Counted from the stretch's first letter, positions 8,875 through 17,725 are shown. The stretch: 32,000 nucleotides of DNA from Ignavibacteriota bacterium (GCA_016218065.1 JACRFA010000159.1:23093-55092), one strand, 5' to 3'. Program-made: numbers and translations. Notes: a model not told the origin generated them from the letters alone.

Positions 8875-9258
8875 CTAAAGGCTCTTAGCGGAAAACTCTG
8901 GATGTTGGATTTCAAACTCCTTGATAATCCTTCTGATTTCTCGAATAGAGACATCGGATTGATCAAGTTTCGAGTACAGCGTGACGAGAATAACCAGGTC
9001 CCTATGTTTTAAGTAGTACAACAATCGATAGCCGGAGCGTTTACCTTTCCTTATATCAGAATTCCTCACACGCACTTTGAAAACGGCATAGCCAATCCCT
9101 GGGATTTGATCACCAAGTATTTCGCCGCGTTCAATTTGATTAATGACTTCCTGCACGTCGCTTCGCAGACTCCTATATTTCTTTGCCAAGCCTCGTATGT
9201 TCCGTTTGAATTCGTCTGTGTATTCAATACGGGGAACTCCAGATTTCTCGCGCGACAT
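8875..9258 (-). CDS. RelE/ParE-superfamily type II toxin
   Basis: 127-aa ORF. The segment FKVRVRNSDIRKGKRSGYRLLYYLKHRDLVILVTLYSKLDQSDV matches the K-x-R..GKSGGYR(V/L)IY core shared by RelE/ParE/HigB-type toxins. Its start lies 1 nt after the stop of a 69-codon upstream ORF. Confidence 0.75.
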   Translation of the reverse strand: MSREKSGVPRIEYTDEFKRNIRGLAKKYRSLRSDVQEVINQIERGEILGDQIPGIGYAVFKVRVRNSDIRKGKRSGYRLLYYLKHRDLVILVTLYSKLDQSDVSIREIRRIIKEFEIQHPEFSAKSL

Positions 9259-9259
9259 T

Positions 9260-9469
9260 TTATACGTCTTTCCAAAGCTCGGCGATCGGATGAGTTTTCC
9301 CCTGAAGGGCTTCCTTCCATCCCTCGCTGAAACTCTCGCGTGCCGGTTTCAGTGTAACACTCTCGCGGTACAGACGGACGATCTGAAGCAGGTTGGGAAC
9401 GTACTCCTTGGGTAACCTCTTCAACTCACGTTGAAGTTGCCGTTGATACGTTGAAGTACTTGAGGGCAT
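9260..9469 (-). CDS. Putative cognate antitoxin (family not recognised)
   Basis: 69-aa ORF directly upstream of the toxin with a 1-nt gap, so the size and position fit a type II antitoxin. GGGAGG lies 7 nt upstream of its ATG. I recognised no domain by eye. Confidence 0.55.
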   Translation of the reverse strand: MPSSTSTYQRQLQRELKRLPKEYVPNLLQIVRLYRESVTLKPARESFSEGWKEALQGKTHPIAELWKDV

Positions 9470-9503
9470 TCTTACCTCCCTTGTTCTACGTTGTTAACTT
9501 TTC

Positions 9504-10493
9504 CTATGGCACTTCAATCTTATTCAACACTTCCTGCACAACTTGCTCCGAGCTGACTTCTTCGGCTTCCGCCTCGTATGTCACCGCGACGCGATGGCGC
9601 AGCACATCGAGCGAGATCGCACGCACATCTTCAGGAATCACGTAGCCGCGCCGCTTGATGAAGGCGTACGCCTTTGCGCCAATCGCCAGGTTGATCGTCG
9701 CTCGCGGCGACGCTCCATAGCTGATCAACGTGGAGAGTTTGCTCAAGTTGTAGTCCTTCGGCGAACGCGTAGCAAACACAATGTCGAGAATATAGCGCTC
9801 GATCTTCTCGTCCATATAAATCTCGCTCACCACACTGCGCGCGCGGGTAATATCCGCGGGCGTGACCACGTGATTGATCGTTTGCACAGTGCCGTTGACA
9901 TTCGAGCGCATGATCTGCAGCTCTTCGTCCTTCGACGGATAGCCGATCTTGATCTTCAACATGAAGCGATCGACCTGCGCCTCGGGCAATGGATACGTTC
10001 CTTCCTGTTCAATCGGGTTCTGCGTCGCGAGCACAAGAAACGGCTCAGGAAGCTTGAACGTTTGCTCGCCGATCGTCACCTGACGTTCCTGCATCGCCTC
10101 GAGCAACGCGCTTTGCACTTTTGCCGGGGACCGGTTGATCTCATCGGCAAGAATAAAGTTGGCGAAGATCGGCCCTTTCCTCACCTGAAACGTGCTCTCC
10201 TTCTGATTGAAAATCATTGTGCCAATCAGGTCGGCGGGGAGCAGGTCGGGCGTGAATTGAATGCGCTGAAACTTTGCATCGACGCCCATCGCAAGCGTCT
10301 TGATCGAGAGTGTCTTCGCGAGTCCGGGAACACCCTCCAACAAAATGTGTCCGTTGCCAAGCAGACCGACGAGCAGACGTTCGACCATGTACTTCTGTCC
10401 GACGATGGCCTTGCCGATTTCCATCTGCAATAGATCAACGAACGAGCTTTCGCGCTGAATCTTCTCGTTGATCGCTTTGATATCGTATGACAT
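9504..10493 (-). CDS. moxR: MoxR-family AAA+ ATPase
   Basis: 329-aa ORF with Walker A LEGVPGLAKT, Walker B ILADEINR, and VLATQNPIEQEGTYPLPEAQVDRF, which is typical of MoxR/RavA-like ATPases. GGGAGG lies 5 nt upstream of the ATG. It is the first gene of the Bat string. Confidence 0.95.
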   Translation of the reverse strand: MSYDIKAINEKIQRESSFVDLLQMEIGKAIVGQKYMVERLLVGLLGNGHILLEGVPGLAKTLSIKTLAMGVDAKFQRIQFTPDLLPADLIGTMIFNQKESTFQVRKGPIFANFILADEINRSPAKVQSALLEAMQERQVTIGEQTFKLPEPFLVLATQNPIEQEGTYPLPEAQVDRFMLKIKIGYPSKDEELQIMRSNVNGTVQTINHVVTPADITRARSVVSEIYMDEKIERYILDIVFATRSPKDYNLSKLSTLISYGASPRATINLAIGAKAYAFIKRRGYVIPEDVRAISLDVLRHRVAVTYEAEAEEVSSEQVVQEVLNKIEVP

Positions 10494-10655
10494 TCAACCT
10501 CCCAGTGGCATAAGTGCAGGATTCTTTCCGATTTGACGGAAAAAAATATAGAAATGTTGCGAAGTAAAATCAACGAAACTGGCGTGTTGACCGCAAGAGG
10601 TGATTTGTTAAGTTTTGTTAAGTCTGAAGGGGGGAATACCCGCCGCGTTCTTCAC

Positions 10656-11513
10656 CTACTTTTTCGGAGCGTACATCGACAGCGTTCCGCGTTCACCTTG
10701 TCCGTCGTTGCAAAGAATAAGTGTGAGGTCGGGAGTGAAGGCAATGCCTTCGGGGTGAGGATTGACTTTTCTGTTGATGGATTGCTGCACGACAACCGCG
10801 CCATCAGCGGACAGCTCAATAATTGTCGAGCCGTGTGCTGCAACAACGAAGTACGTCCCCGACTTTGGATGTCGCGCAATTGCCGAAGGCTTGAACTCAT
10901 GCTTGTCGGATGTCTGCGTCACCTGCTTCAGTGGAATGAGAAACCGCGGCGTTGTCGCGAGAGATTTTGTTCGGAGCGAGAACGCGTAGATTGCTCGTTG
11001 GTTGTGGTAGGATTTGCCGGGAGATTCTTTGCAGAGCAGCAGAAGAGACTTCGTCGGAGCGTCGAAGCAAAGCCCCTCGACATCATTCCTGGAGGTGAGG
11101 AATGTCTTGTACATTTTGAATTCGACCGACCTGCCGTTCTCTGCTTCAGGGAATTCGAAGAGGACTCCATTGCTTGCCGCGAGATACACCAATCCCCCCG
11201 CGACAGCAATATCCTCGAAGTCCTCCTTCACGCCAAAATTTCCGAGCGAGAATGATTTGCTGATCTCGCCGTTCGTGTAGTCGATCTGATAAACAACGCC
11301 GCGTTCGTCGTCATGGCACAAGAGACGGCCATCCTCTGTCATGACGATTCCCGACACCTCGCTGATGAGATGCGGCAGCTTCACGACGCGCGCATCCTTC
11401 CCCGACACATCGTACGATGACAACATCGATGCGACAGGCTTCGGCGCCGGCTTCTTCTGACAGAGGCACATCGCCGGCAACAGGCAGAGGATCACCAGAG
11501 CATACTTCATCAT
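10656..11513 (-). CDS. Secreted beta-propeller protein, SdiA-regulated-domain-like
   Basis: The ORF is 10656..11603. The likely start is ATG 11513 or 11510 (MMKYALVILCLLPAMCLC signal peptide), and ATG 11513..11511 shares 1 nt with the sixA TAA. Segments such as LISEVSGIVMTEDGRLLCHDDERGVVYQIDYTNGEI and HPEGIAFTPDLTLILCND resemble the SdiA-regulated (PF06977-type) propeller. This is a by-eye call only. Confidence 0.55.
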   Translation of the reverse strand: MMKYALVILCLLPAMCLCQKKPAPKPVASMLSSYDVSGKDARVVKLPHLISEVSGIVMTEDGRLLCHDDERGVVYQIDYTNGEISKSFSLGNFGVKEDFEDIAVAGGLVYLAASNGVLFEFPEAENGRSVEFKMYKTFLTSRNDVEGLCFDAPTKSLLLLCKESPGKSYHNQRAIYAFSLRTKSLATTPRFLIPLKQVTQTSDKHEFKPSAIARHPKSGTYFVVAAHGSTIIELSADGAVVVQQSINRKVNPHPEGIAFTPDLTLILCNDGQGERGTLSMYAPKK

Positions 11514-12016
11514 TACTCCAAATGAACTGCCACGCCCGGCGGGATGTGCCATTCGAGCGATGCGCATTTCGAATAGCTCAACGTGTCGACGCGGAGTTTG
11601 CACACGCCTCCCTTCTTCATCGTAATCAGCAGATTCTCGTCTCCCGAAAGCAGAACAGAAATCAACTCGCCGAGATACGGCTCGTGCCCCACAATCATCA
11701 CGCGCTCAAACTCATCCTTGCCGCTGTTGATGAGATTGATCAGCGCTTTCGGGTCGCCGTCGGTTGCGAGCGCGTCGGTCTCGCGGAGCTTTTCGGTCGC
11801 GCCGAGCGTCTCGGCAACAATCTGCGCGGTGCGCTTTGCTCGCGCAAACGGGCTCGTGTAGATGACGTCAAAGGAACACTCCAGCGCGAGCAAACCCTCA
11901 GCCACGCGGCGCATGCGCTTGATGCCTTTCGGCGTGAGCGGGCGCTGCGAGTCATCAGCGTAGCGGGTGTTGTCGCGCTCTTCGGCAATCGCGTGCCGTA
12001 GAATGTAAAGCTCCAT
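11513..12016 (-). CDS. sixA: SixA-type phosphohistidine phosphatase (histidine phosphatase superfamily)
   Basis: The product begins MELYILRHAIAEE (RHG-type catalytic motif). It also carries LTPKGIKRMRRVAEGL, IYTSPFARAKRTAQIV and IVGHEPYLGELISVLL. ATG 12016..12014 shares 1 nt with the CHAD-gene TGA. Confidence 0.8.
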   Translation of the reverse strand: MELYILRHAIAEERDNTRYADDSQRPLTPKGIKRMRRVAEGLLALECSFDVIYTSPFARAKRTAQIVAETLGATEKLRETDALATDGDPKALINLINSGKDEFERVMIVGHEPYLGELISVLLSGDENLLITMKKGGVCKLRVDTLSYSKCASLEWHIPPGVAVHLE

Positions 12017-12930
12017 CACGTATTCCTTCCTGTTGATCGTGTTGTGTGAGTGATGTGTCGGGCAAATGCGTAAAGCTCATCTGCCTTCTGACGGTACTCG
12101 TCGATCTGTTTCTTCTTCTCGGCAAGAAGCGAGCGCAGATACGGCGCGAGACTGCGGCGCACCGTCGGCGGTTGTCGCTGTATGAATCCCCGAACTCGCG
12201 CAATGAACACCTCCATGTCCTGGATGAGACCCATGCGTGTCTGATAGGAGTCCATGGCTTTGAGCCGTTTCTTGTCAAGACCGGGAAGAAACGGAGCGAG
12301 CGCTTCCAGTGTGTAGCGGAGTTTTTTGAATCCGATTCTCGCGCGATGAATCGTCCGCGGCTGCGTGGCAATCACTTGCTCGCGCAAATACGTCGCAGAC
12401 GCAAACGTGCTCGCCGCCGAGCCGACAACTGTTGTCAGTGCAATCTGATTCTTGCCGCGACGGGCTGCGTACGATGAAAGCTTGAGCTTCAGCCATCTCA
12501 CCGTTTGCCCAAGGCCGCCGAGATCGACTTTCATGATCTTGCGTTCGAGAGAACGAATGAGATTGCGCTCGCGAACCTTGAGAACGGTTGCGAGCGTTGC
12601 GAGCCGAGGAAACTGCTTCCGGCTTTCCTCGACCCTCAGCAGCTGCACCTGAACGTCGCGCAGCGGACTCATCGCATCGAACAAACGCTTCAACCGACGC
12701 CGCATCTTGCGCACACGCTCATCAGGAATAAGTATCTCAATGATGATAAGCGTCGAGACGAGCCGTCGGGTTGCTACGCGCAAATCGTGAATGGCATCCT
12801 CGGAGAATGAATGCCTGCATCTGCGCATCTCACGTTGGTATTTCTTCCATCGCTGCTCAAGCGACGTGAGCAGAAGGACGGTGATCGCGGGAGATCGTTT
12901 CGTGCGGGCTGAGCTGGCGCGGCGCGGCAT
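12016..12930 (-). CDS. CHAD domain protein (polyphosphate-granule associated family)
   Basis: 304-aa all-helical ORF with the repeated conserved-histidine/arginine blocks of CHAD: AIHDLRVATRRLVSTL and IHRARIGFKKLRYTLEALAPFLP. It starts 5 nt after the ppx stop. Confidence 0.8.
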   Translation of the reverse strand: MPRRASSARTKRSPAITVLLLTSLEQRWKKYQREMRRCRHSFSEDAIHDLRVATRRLVSTLIIIEILIPDERVRKMRRRLKRLFDAMSPLRDVQVQLLRVEESRKQFPRLATLATVLKVRERNLIRSLERKIMKVDLGGLGQTVRWLKLKLSSYAARRGKNQIALTTVVGSAASTFASATYLREQVIATQPRTIHRARIGFKKLRYTLEALAPFLPGLDKKRLKAMDSYQTRMGLIQDMEVFIARVRGFIQRQPPTVRRSLAPYLRSLLAEKKKQIDEYRQKADELYAFARHITHTTRSTGRNT

Positions 12931-12935
12931 GAAGG

Positions 12936-14447
12936 CTACTCATCCAGTGTGAACTGAACGCTGAACACCTCTTCAAACATTTCCGACTTCTTCATGAGCG
13001 CCCATTTCTCCAACAGCAAATCTCCTTCTCCCTCAAGCTTCATGATGAATTTTGGCTTCTTGTACTCAACCGAAAACGTAGCCACTTTCGAGGCGTGCTC
13101 GTTATCCATCGCATCGGCGAGACGCACGATGGCAGCAAGCTTGTTGACAATCAATCTCTCTTTGGAGGACAGAATATTGTAGAATTCGTGCTGTGGTTTG
13201 GGATGAGATTTCCGGTGGTAGCGCGCAACGTTGGCGACGAGCATCATCTGCTCTTTCGACAGCCCGATGATCGGAGTTGCCAGCAGAAGATAGAGCGTGT
13301 GTTTGTGGTGCCCGATCATGTGAATGAAGTGCCCGATGTCGTGCAGCAGGGCCGCCACTTCCAACAGCAGACGGTAGTCGATGGAGAGATTGTGCAGGCT
13401 GCGCGTTTCATCGAAGAGCTGCGTCGCGTAGCGGGCAACGGCGAGTCCGTGCTGCTCGTCGAACGCATACTTCCTCCCCACCTGCAGCGCCGAGGTGATC
13501 ACTTGATCGCGCGACGATATCTTCTTCTCGCCGTACATCTCCTGCATCAGATCAACGAGCAAACCATCCTTCAACCCTACCGAAGGAATCTGGACTTCCT
13601 CAACGCCAGCTTGGCGCGCAATCTTCTGCAGCACAACGGTGGCCGGCACAATCACGTCTGCCCGGTCGGGGCGCAAACGAAGTTGGTGGACGCGCTCTTC
13701 GTATGTCATTCCTTGCAGCTTCTTTGCGATGGCGTCAAGCTCATCGATGGCGATGACGGTGTTCTTTTCCTTCCCGAACAATTCCTTCCTCAGTTCGCCG
13801 AGCGCCTCGATGTTTCCACCCGTCCCGACGCAGAGATCGATCGTTTCCTTGCCGAGTTCTTTCCTCATGCGCTTCTGCGTCGCATCAACGTATTCGCGGA
13901 CAAGTTGATTGAACTGCTTTTCGCCGTGCTTCTTTTCTTCAAGCACCTGAAGCAGCCGGACGCTCCCCATCTTGTAGCTTTCCGTCGAGAGAATTTGGCC
14001 GTCGGTAACCAGCGTAATCTCGACGCTGCCGCCGCCGATATCGACAAGCATCGCGCGCTTATTCTTCAGCGGGATCTTCGATCCGACCGCGAGATGGATG
14101 AGCCGCGCTTCTTCTTCGCCAGTGATCACGGAAATCTCGATGCCGCTCGCCTGTTCCATTCGGTCGATGAACAACTCACGGTTCATGGATTCGCGCACGG
14201 CGCTAGTCGCGACTGCGCGCGTCCACTTTGCATCATGCGCCGCGATGAGCGTCTTGAACTTGACAAACGCGTCCTCTGCTTTGGCGAGCGTTTCTTCGGT
14301 GATGATTCCCTTCGTGAACACGTCCTGGCCCAGACGCACAGGCTCGCGGATATTCTCGATGATTTGCAGTGTGCGATTTGCATCGACCGACCCGATGACG
14401 AGCCGGATCGCGTTCGAACCGATATCAATTGCAGCAAGTGTTGGCAT
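12936..14447 (-). CDS. ppx: Exopolyphosphatase Ppx/GppA with a C-terminal HD domain
   Basis: The ORF is 12936..14513. I chose ATG 14447 so that the protein begins MPTLAAIDIGSNAIRLV, the ASKHA phosphate-1 motif. Further motifs are VDIGGGSVE, CVGTGGNIEAL and the HD region LLHDIGHFI..HHKH. Confidence 0.9.
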   Translation of the reverse strand: MPTLAAIDIGSNAIRLVIGSVDANRTLQIIENIREPVRLGQDVFTKGIITEETLAKAEDAFVKFKTLIAAHDAKWTRAVATSAVRESMNRELFIDRMEQASGIEISVITGEEEARLIHLAVGSKIPLKNKRAMLVDIGGGSVEITLVTDGQILSTESYKMGSVRLLQVLEEKKHGEKQFNQLVREYVDATQKRMRKELGKETIDLCVGTGGNIEALGELRKELFGKEKNTVIAIDELDAIAKKLQGMTYEERVHQLRLRPDRADVIVPATVVLQKIARQAGVEEVQIPSVGLKDGLLVDLMQEMYGEKKISSRDQVITSALQVGRKYAFDEQHGLAVARYATQLFDETRSLHNLSIDYRLLLEVAALLHDIGHFIHMIGHHKHTLYLLLATPIIGLSKEQMMLVANVARYHRKSHPKPQHEFYNILSSKERLIVNKLAAIVRLADAMDNEHASKVATFSVEYKKPKFIMKLEGEGDLLLEKWALMKKSEMFEEVFSVQFTLDE

Positions 14448-14694
14448 ACGTGATGTGAATATAGAAATATCGAATCTCTGTTGCTTGATTCTCCCGATGA
14501 GTTTCGGTACCATTGATCAGACTGTTGAACGTAATCCTTCCATAAGAGCGACAGTTCCTTCTCATACCGGGCTGCATTTCAAAAGATTTTTTCGAGGGAC
14601 AAGTTCAACAGAGTGCGAAGTCAATGAGCGGAAGCATGACCACAGGTTATACAGGCGGCACCTGATGTTTGTGTGACGCCAGGAGGAGCATACA

Positions 14695-16374
14695 ATGACA
14701 CACCATTGGAATTCACAATACTCGTTTGTTCTGCTTGTGATGGCGGCAAGTCTTCTTAGTCCGACCATTTATGCTCAAACGATCATTACTGAAATGTCGG
14801 TACCAACTCCATTGAACGGTGTCCTCGATGTGGATGTATATGCAGGGACCAACGATCGCCTTCACATTGTGGGAACCACTGTCGGCTTCTATTCTCCCCC
14901 GACCTATTGGGACGGCTTTCGACTTTTGTTCTTGACGTCCAGAGATTCATATGGTGCTACTGCCACGACAATCTTCTCAGACACAGCTTGGTACTGGAAT
15001 GATGGCCTCCATGGCGAGGAATATCGCTTCAATAGGTCTGTCGGGTCAGACGCTCAGGACAACCTCATACTGTTCTGGAGCAAACAGTATGCGATGTTAA
15101 GCGATCTTCCTCCTTATACTCGCCTCGGTGTCCCAACTGGGAAATGCGTCAAACGAACTTCTGGAAGCGTTCTCAACATTTTCGACCTTGAACGATCAGC
15201 TTCGCCCGCACTCAACGTCGGACCAGACAATGCAACTCACTTTGTTTGGGAATTGATCCGGTCTGTCCGCAGCGATTCCAACTGTGTGGCCTATTCAAGT
15301 CAACTCTTCTATCGGTATCTGACAGGTTCTGGACAACTCACTACCCCCCAATCGATTGATACTGGGTTTACCCCACGTGTGGCAAGTAGGTCCGCGGGCT
15401 TAGCACACATCGCCTGGTTGCGAGGGGATTCTTCAACGGCATCAGTATTCTCGCTCAGATACAGGACGATGAATACTGGAACCCCGTCACCAATCATCAC
15501 ACTCAATGACCCTCTCTACAAACCAGCCGACCTCACGATGGGAATTGACTCTGCGGGTGTCGTCCATCTTGGCTGGACGGAAACGAGGCCTCCTAATCAG
15601 CTCAAAGCATTCCTGCTTAGCTTCAATGGGGCATCGACGACAATAGATTCTTCACAAGGTTACTCCGCTGGGAGAGGAATGCTACGCGTTGGAGTATTGC
15701 CTAACGGCGTCGTGAATGCCATATGGGCTGCATGGGGCGGCGCGAGCGATAGTGTCTATTACACAAGCACACGAACGCTTCCACCATTTACTACTGTTCG
15801 CTCGTTCTCCCATCCTTCATTCCGGTTTGTTGAAGCCCAGGCATTGTTCACAAAATCTAATGCTATTCCCGGGGCACTGCTGGGAGATACCGGTCGGATG
15901 CGCTACTTGCGTGATCTCGAATCTGGTTCAGATACATCCTTGGTATTACTCACCGGTGTGCTCCTCAGAGGCTCTACTCATCCTGTGACAGTCGACGCGA
16001 GTGATAATGTGTGGGCCGTATACGGAAGAAGTCCGGTCGGTTTCTATCAACTCGGATTGGCACGATTCGCTGACCAAACCACTGGTGTCGATTACCGACA
16101 CACTACACCGGGTTCGTTTCGTCTGAATCAGAACTTCCCGAATCCGTTCAATCCGATAACCACAATTAGATTTGAGATCGCGGAACGTTCGCATGTCTTG
16201 ATGACAGTTTCGGATATTCTCGGGCGTGAAGTCTCCCGGCCCGTCGATGAAACGAAATCACCGGGAGAATACACTGTTCATTTTGATGCAAGCCATTTGT
16301 CGAGTGGAGTGTACTTTTATCGTCTACAGGCCGGGGCATTCATTGAAACAAGAAAGATGTTACTCATCAGATGA
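14695..16374 (+). CDS. Secreted protein of unknown function with a T9SS C-terminal sorting domain
   Basis: 559-aa ORF with AGGAGG upstream and a signal peptide (LLVMAASLLSPTIYAQ). The C-terminus, LNQNFPNPFNPITTIRFEI..GEYTVHFDASHLSSGVYFYRLQAGAFIETRKMLLIR, is a typical Por/T9SS CTD. The body is beta-rich with no domain I can name. Confidence 0.8.
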   Translation: MTHHWNSQYSFVLLVMAASLLSPTIYAQTIITEMSVPTPLNGVLDVDVYAGTNDRLHIVGTTVGFYSPPTYWDGFRLLFLTSRDSYGATATTIFSDTAWYWNDGLHGEEYRFNRSVGSDAQDNLILFWSKQYAMLSDLPPYTRLGVPTGKCVKRTSGSVLNIFDLERSASPALNVGPDNATHFVWELIRSVRSDSNCVAYSSQLFYRYLTGSGQLTTPQSIDTGFTPRVASRSAGLAHIAWLRGDSSTASVFSLRYRTMNTGTPSPIITLNDPLYKPADLTMGIDSAGVVHLGWTETRPPNQLKAFLLSFNGASTTIDSSQGYSAGRGMLRVGVLPNGVVNAIWAAWGGASDSVYYTSTRTLPPFTTVRSFSHPSFRFVEAQALFTKSNAIPGALLGDTGRMRYLRDLESGSDTSLVLLTGVLLRGSTHPVTVDASDNVWAVYGRSPVGFYQLGLARFADQTTGVDYRHTTPGSFRLNQNFPNPFNPITTIRFEIAERSHVLMTVSDILGREVSRPVDETKSPGEYTVHFDASHLSSGVYFYRLQAGAFIETRKMLLIR

Positions 16375-16501
16375 AGAGCGCCGCCCGTATAACAAGCAGC
16401 TCTACCCGACCGATGGGGCGAAGTACAAACTAATACTCACGCACTTTGAAATATCAATCATAGCTCCCCGCGTATTGTACGTGGCGGAGAATTTTCGTCG
16501 C

Positions 16502-16552
16502 GACCTGCCTGCCTCAGAGAACCTTATGGCGGGCAGGCGGGTTAGTCCGCAG
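16502..16552. repeat. Spacer module Y, copy A (hairpin cctgcctgcc / ggcgggcagg followed by GTTAGTCCGCAG)
   Basis: The sequence gacctgcctgcctcagagaaccttatggcgggcaggcgggttagtccgcag shares verbatim blocks (gacctgcc, tcagagaac, tggcgggcaggc, ccgcag) with 17919..17964. Confidence 0.75.
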
Positions 16553-16587
16553 TCGTTAACTGGCGGCAAACGTCATGAGGTGCAATC

Positions 16588-17058
16588 ATGAAATGGCTTA
16601 CACTTCGAGCAGTGTCGGTGCTTATCCTATTATTTGCAGCATGCGACGATTCGGGAATGGGTTCAGCGGCGAATGACATTCTGATTGACTCAGTCAGCGC
16701 GTCAATCACAGCTAATCTGGAACCGCCAGTCAGTTCGAATCCGGTCAGTTGTCAAGTGCAAGTCGTGTTATCGAACAAGTCATCGTCAATGTACTGGCGC
16801 TTGGGCTTTCCGAGCGGAGAAGTATTCTTGAGTTCGACAGGGGAAAAACTTGGAGTCGTTCGATTCGCTACTCCGTGGGATGGCGTCTTGCTTCCCGGCG
16901 AACGAAAGAGCATTTCTCTCAGGAATGCGGATTCGACTGCAGCGATGGTGAGAGTCACATGCGGAGAGAGTGTATTCTTGAAACTGTCTCTTTACCAAAC
17001 CAATAATCGGCTGACAGAGGTTGCCGCGCCACAGAGTCCGTTTCAATGTTATCACTGA
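16588..17058 (+). CDS. Small hypothetical lipoprotein (cassette ORF 1)
   Basis: 156-aa ORF with GAGGTG 6 nt upstream of the ATG and a signal peptide with lipobox LLFAAC. No recognisable domain. Confidence 0.6.
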   Translation: MKWLTLRAVSVLILLFAACDDSGMGSAANDILIDSVSASITANLEPPVSSNPVSCQVQVVLSNKSSSMYWRLGFPSGEVFLSSTGEKLGVVRFATPWDGVLLPGERKSISLRNADSTAAMVRVTCGESVFLKLSLYQTNNRLTEVAAPQSPFQCYH

Positions 17059-17068
17059 TCAAAGAAAC

Positions 17069-17109
17069 ACGCTCAAGAAGTAAAGCTGACCCCGACAAAA
17101 TGCGTCGGG
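17069..17109. repeat. Spacer module X, copy B (hairpin ccccgac-aaaatgc-gtcggg)
   Basis: The sequence acgctcaagaagtaaagctgaccccgacaaaatgcgtcggg matches 17812..17853 with 2 mismatches over 41 nt. Confidence 0.8.
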
Positions 17110-17266
17110 ACTGACTGAGCAACGTCAGCGTGACCATAGATATCGAAAGGCAGCTTAGCTGCTTTGGCGGACGTAATCCAGTCACAGACTGGAGCGCCGA
17201 TCTTCCCGACATGTCGGGATGGGACGCCTCGCCGGCTTTTTCTGGTTCAATCGTAACTCAGAAATC

Positions 17267-17278
17267 GTTAGCCCGCAA
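17267..17278. repeat. Left arm GTTAGCCCGCAA of a perfect 12-bp inverted repeat bracketing cassette ORF 2
   Basis: This is the exact reverse complement of 17726..17737 (TTGCGGGCTAAC). It ends 16 nt before ATG 17295. Confidence 0.85.
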
Positions 17279-17294
17279 AAATCAGTGGCATGAA

Positions 17295-17723
17295 ATGAAA
17301 CAAAAGGCATTCACGATGCTATTGGCAATCACACTCTGTGGTTGCAAAGAAAAAGGAGCGGTTGGTCCGTGCGAACACACGTATGAGGATCCTGTCATCC
17401 ATATCGAAACTGTCAGAGATGCGCAATCTGATGAGGAAATCCCAGCCTTCATAATCTACGATGTGATGAGAAACGGACACAAGCAATATCCTTCCTTTCT
17501 AAAGATTGGTTCATACAACGTTGTTACGTACGATACCACACTCATCTGTAATTTACCGTGCGGGTTCGGAACAAATGAAGGAACATACACACTGAAGGTT
17601 TCGGCTCCAGGCTACCGAGATACAGTAGTTGTGGTCAACGCAAAATACGCGGTATTCAAAGGGGGCTGTCCTTCTAGCAATTCTGGGGGCACACGAATCA
17701 GGTTCCGAATGCAAGCGCGGTAG
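17295..17723 (+). CDS. Small hypothetical lipoprotein (cassette ORF 2), possibly with a CarboxypepD_reg-like beta-sandwich
   Basis: The ORF-track frame is 17130..17723. I chose ATG 17295 so that the product starts MKQKAFTMLLAITLCGC (signal peptide plus lipobox). The segment GTYTLKVSAPGYRDTVVVVNA resembles carboxypeptidase-regulatory-like domains. No clear SD. Confidence 0.6.
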   Translation: MKQKAFTMLLAITLCGCKEKGAVGPCEHTYEDPVIHIETVRDAQSDEEIPAFIIYDVMRNGHKQYPSFLKIGSYNVVTYDTTLICNLPCGFGTNEGTYTLKVSAPGYRDTVVVVNAKYAVFKGGCPSSNSGGTRIRFRMQAR

Positions 17724-17725
17724 CG

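Noticed and set aside
10494-10655. The spacer upstream of moxR, inspected for a small RNA or riboswitch.
   Set aside because: I saw only an A/T-rich stretch (ctatattttttt on the minus strand), plausibly a promoter -10/-7 element, and the moxR SD. I could not support any conserved structured element by eye.
13095-14453. A 452-aa ORF on the plus strand, opposite ppx. Similar long antisense ORFs occur at 2656-3720, 5607-6287, 6016-6795, 6953-7741, 8260-8844, 9543-10433, 10533-11255, 27193-28050, 29047-30099 and 31035-31793.
   Set aside because: Each lies entirely inside a gene on the other strand that has clear family motifs. Their translations are Arg/His/Leu-rich with no recognisable motifs, which is typical of shadow ORFs in moderately GC-rich coding DNA.
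17130-17294. The long N-terminal extension of the ORF-track entry 17130-17723 (MTIDIERQLSCFGG...).
   Set aside because: The extension runs through the hairpin-rich spacer, including the cccgacatgtcggg palindrome and a terminator-like gccggcttttt. It has no signal peptide. The internal ATG at 17295 gives a textbook lipoprotein signal.
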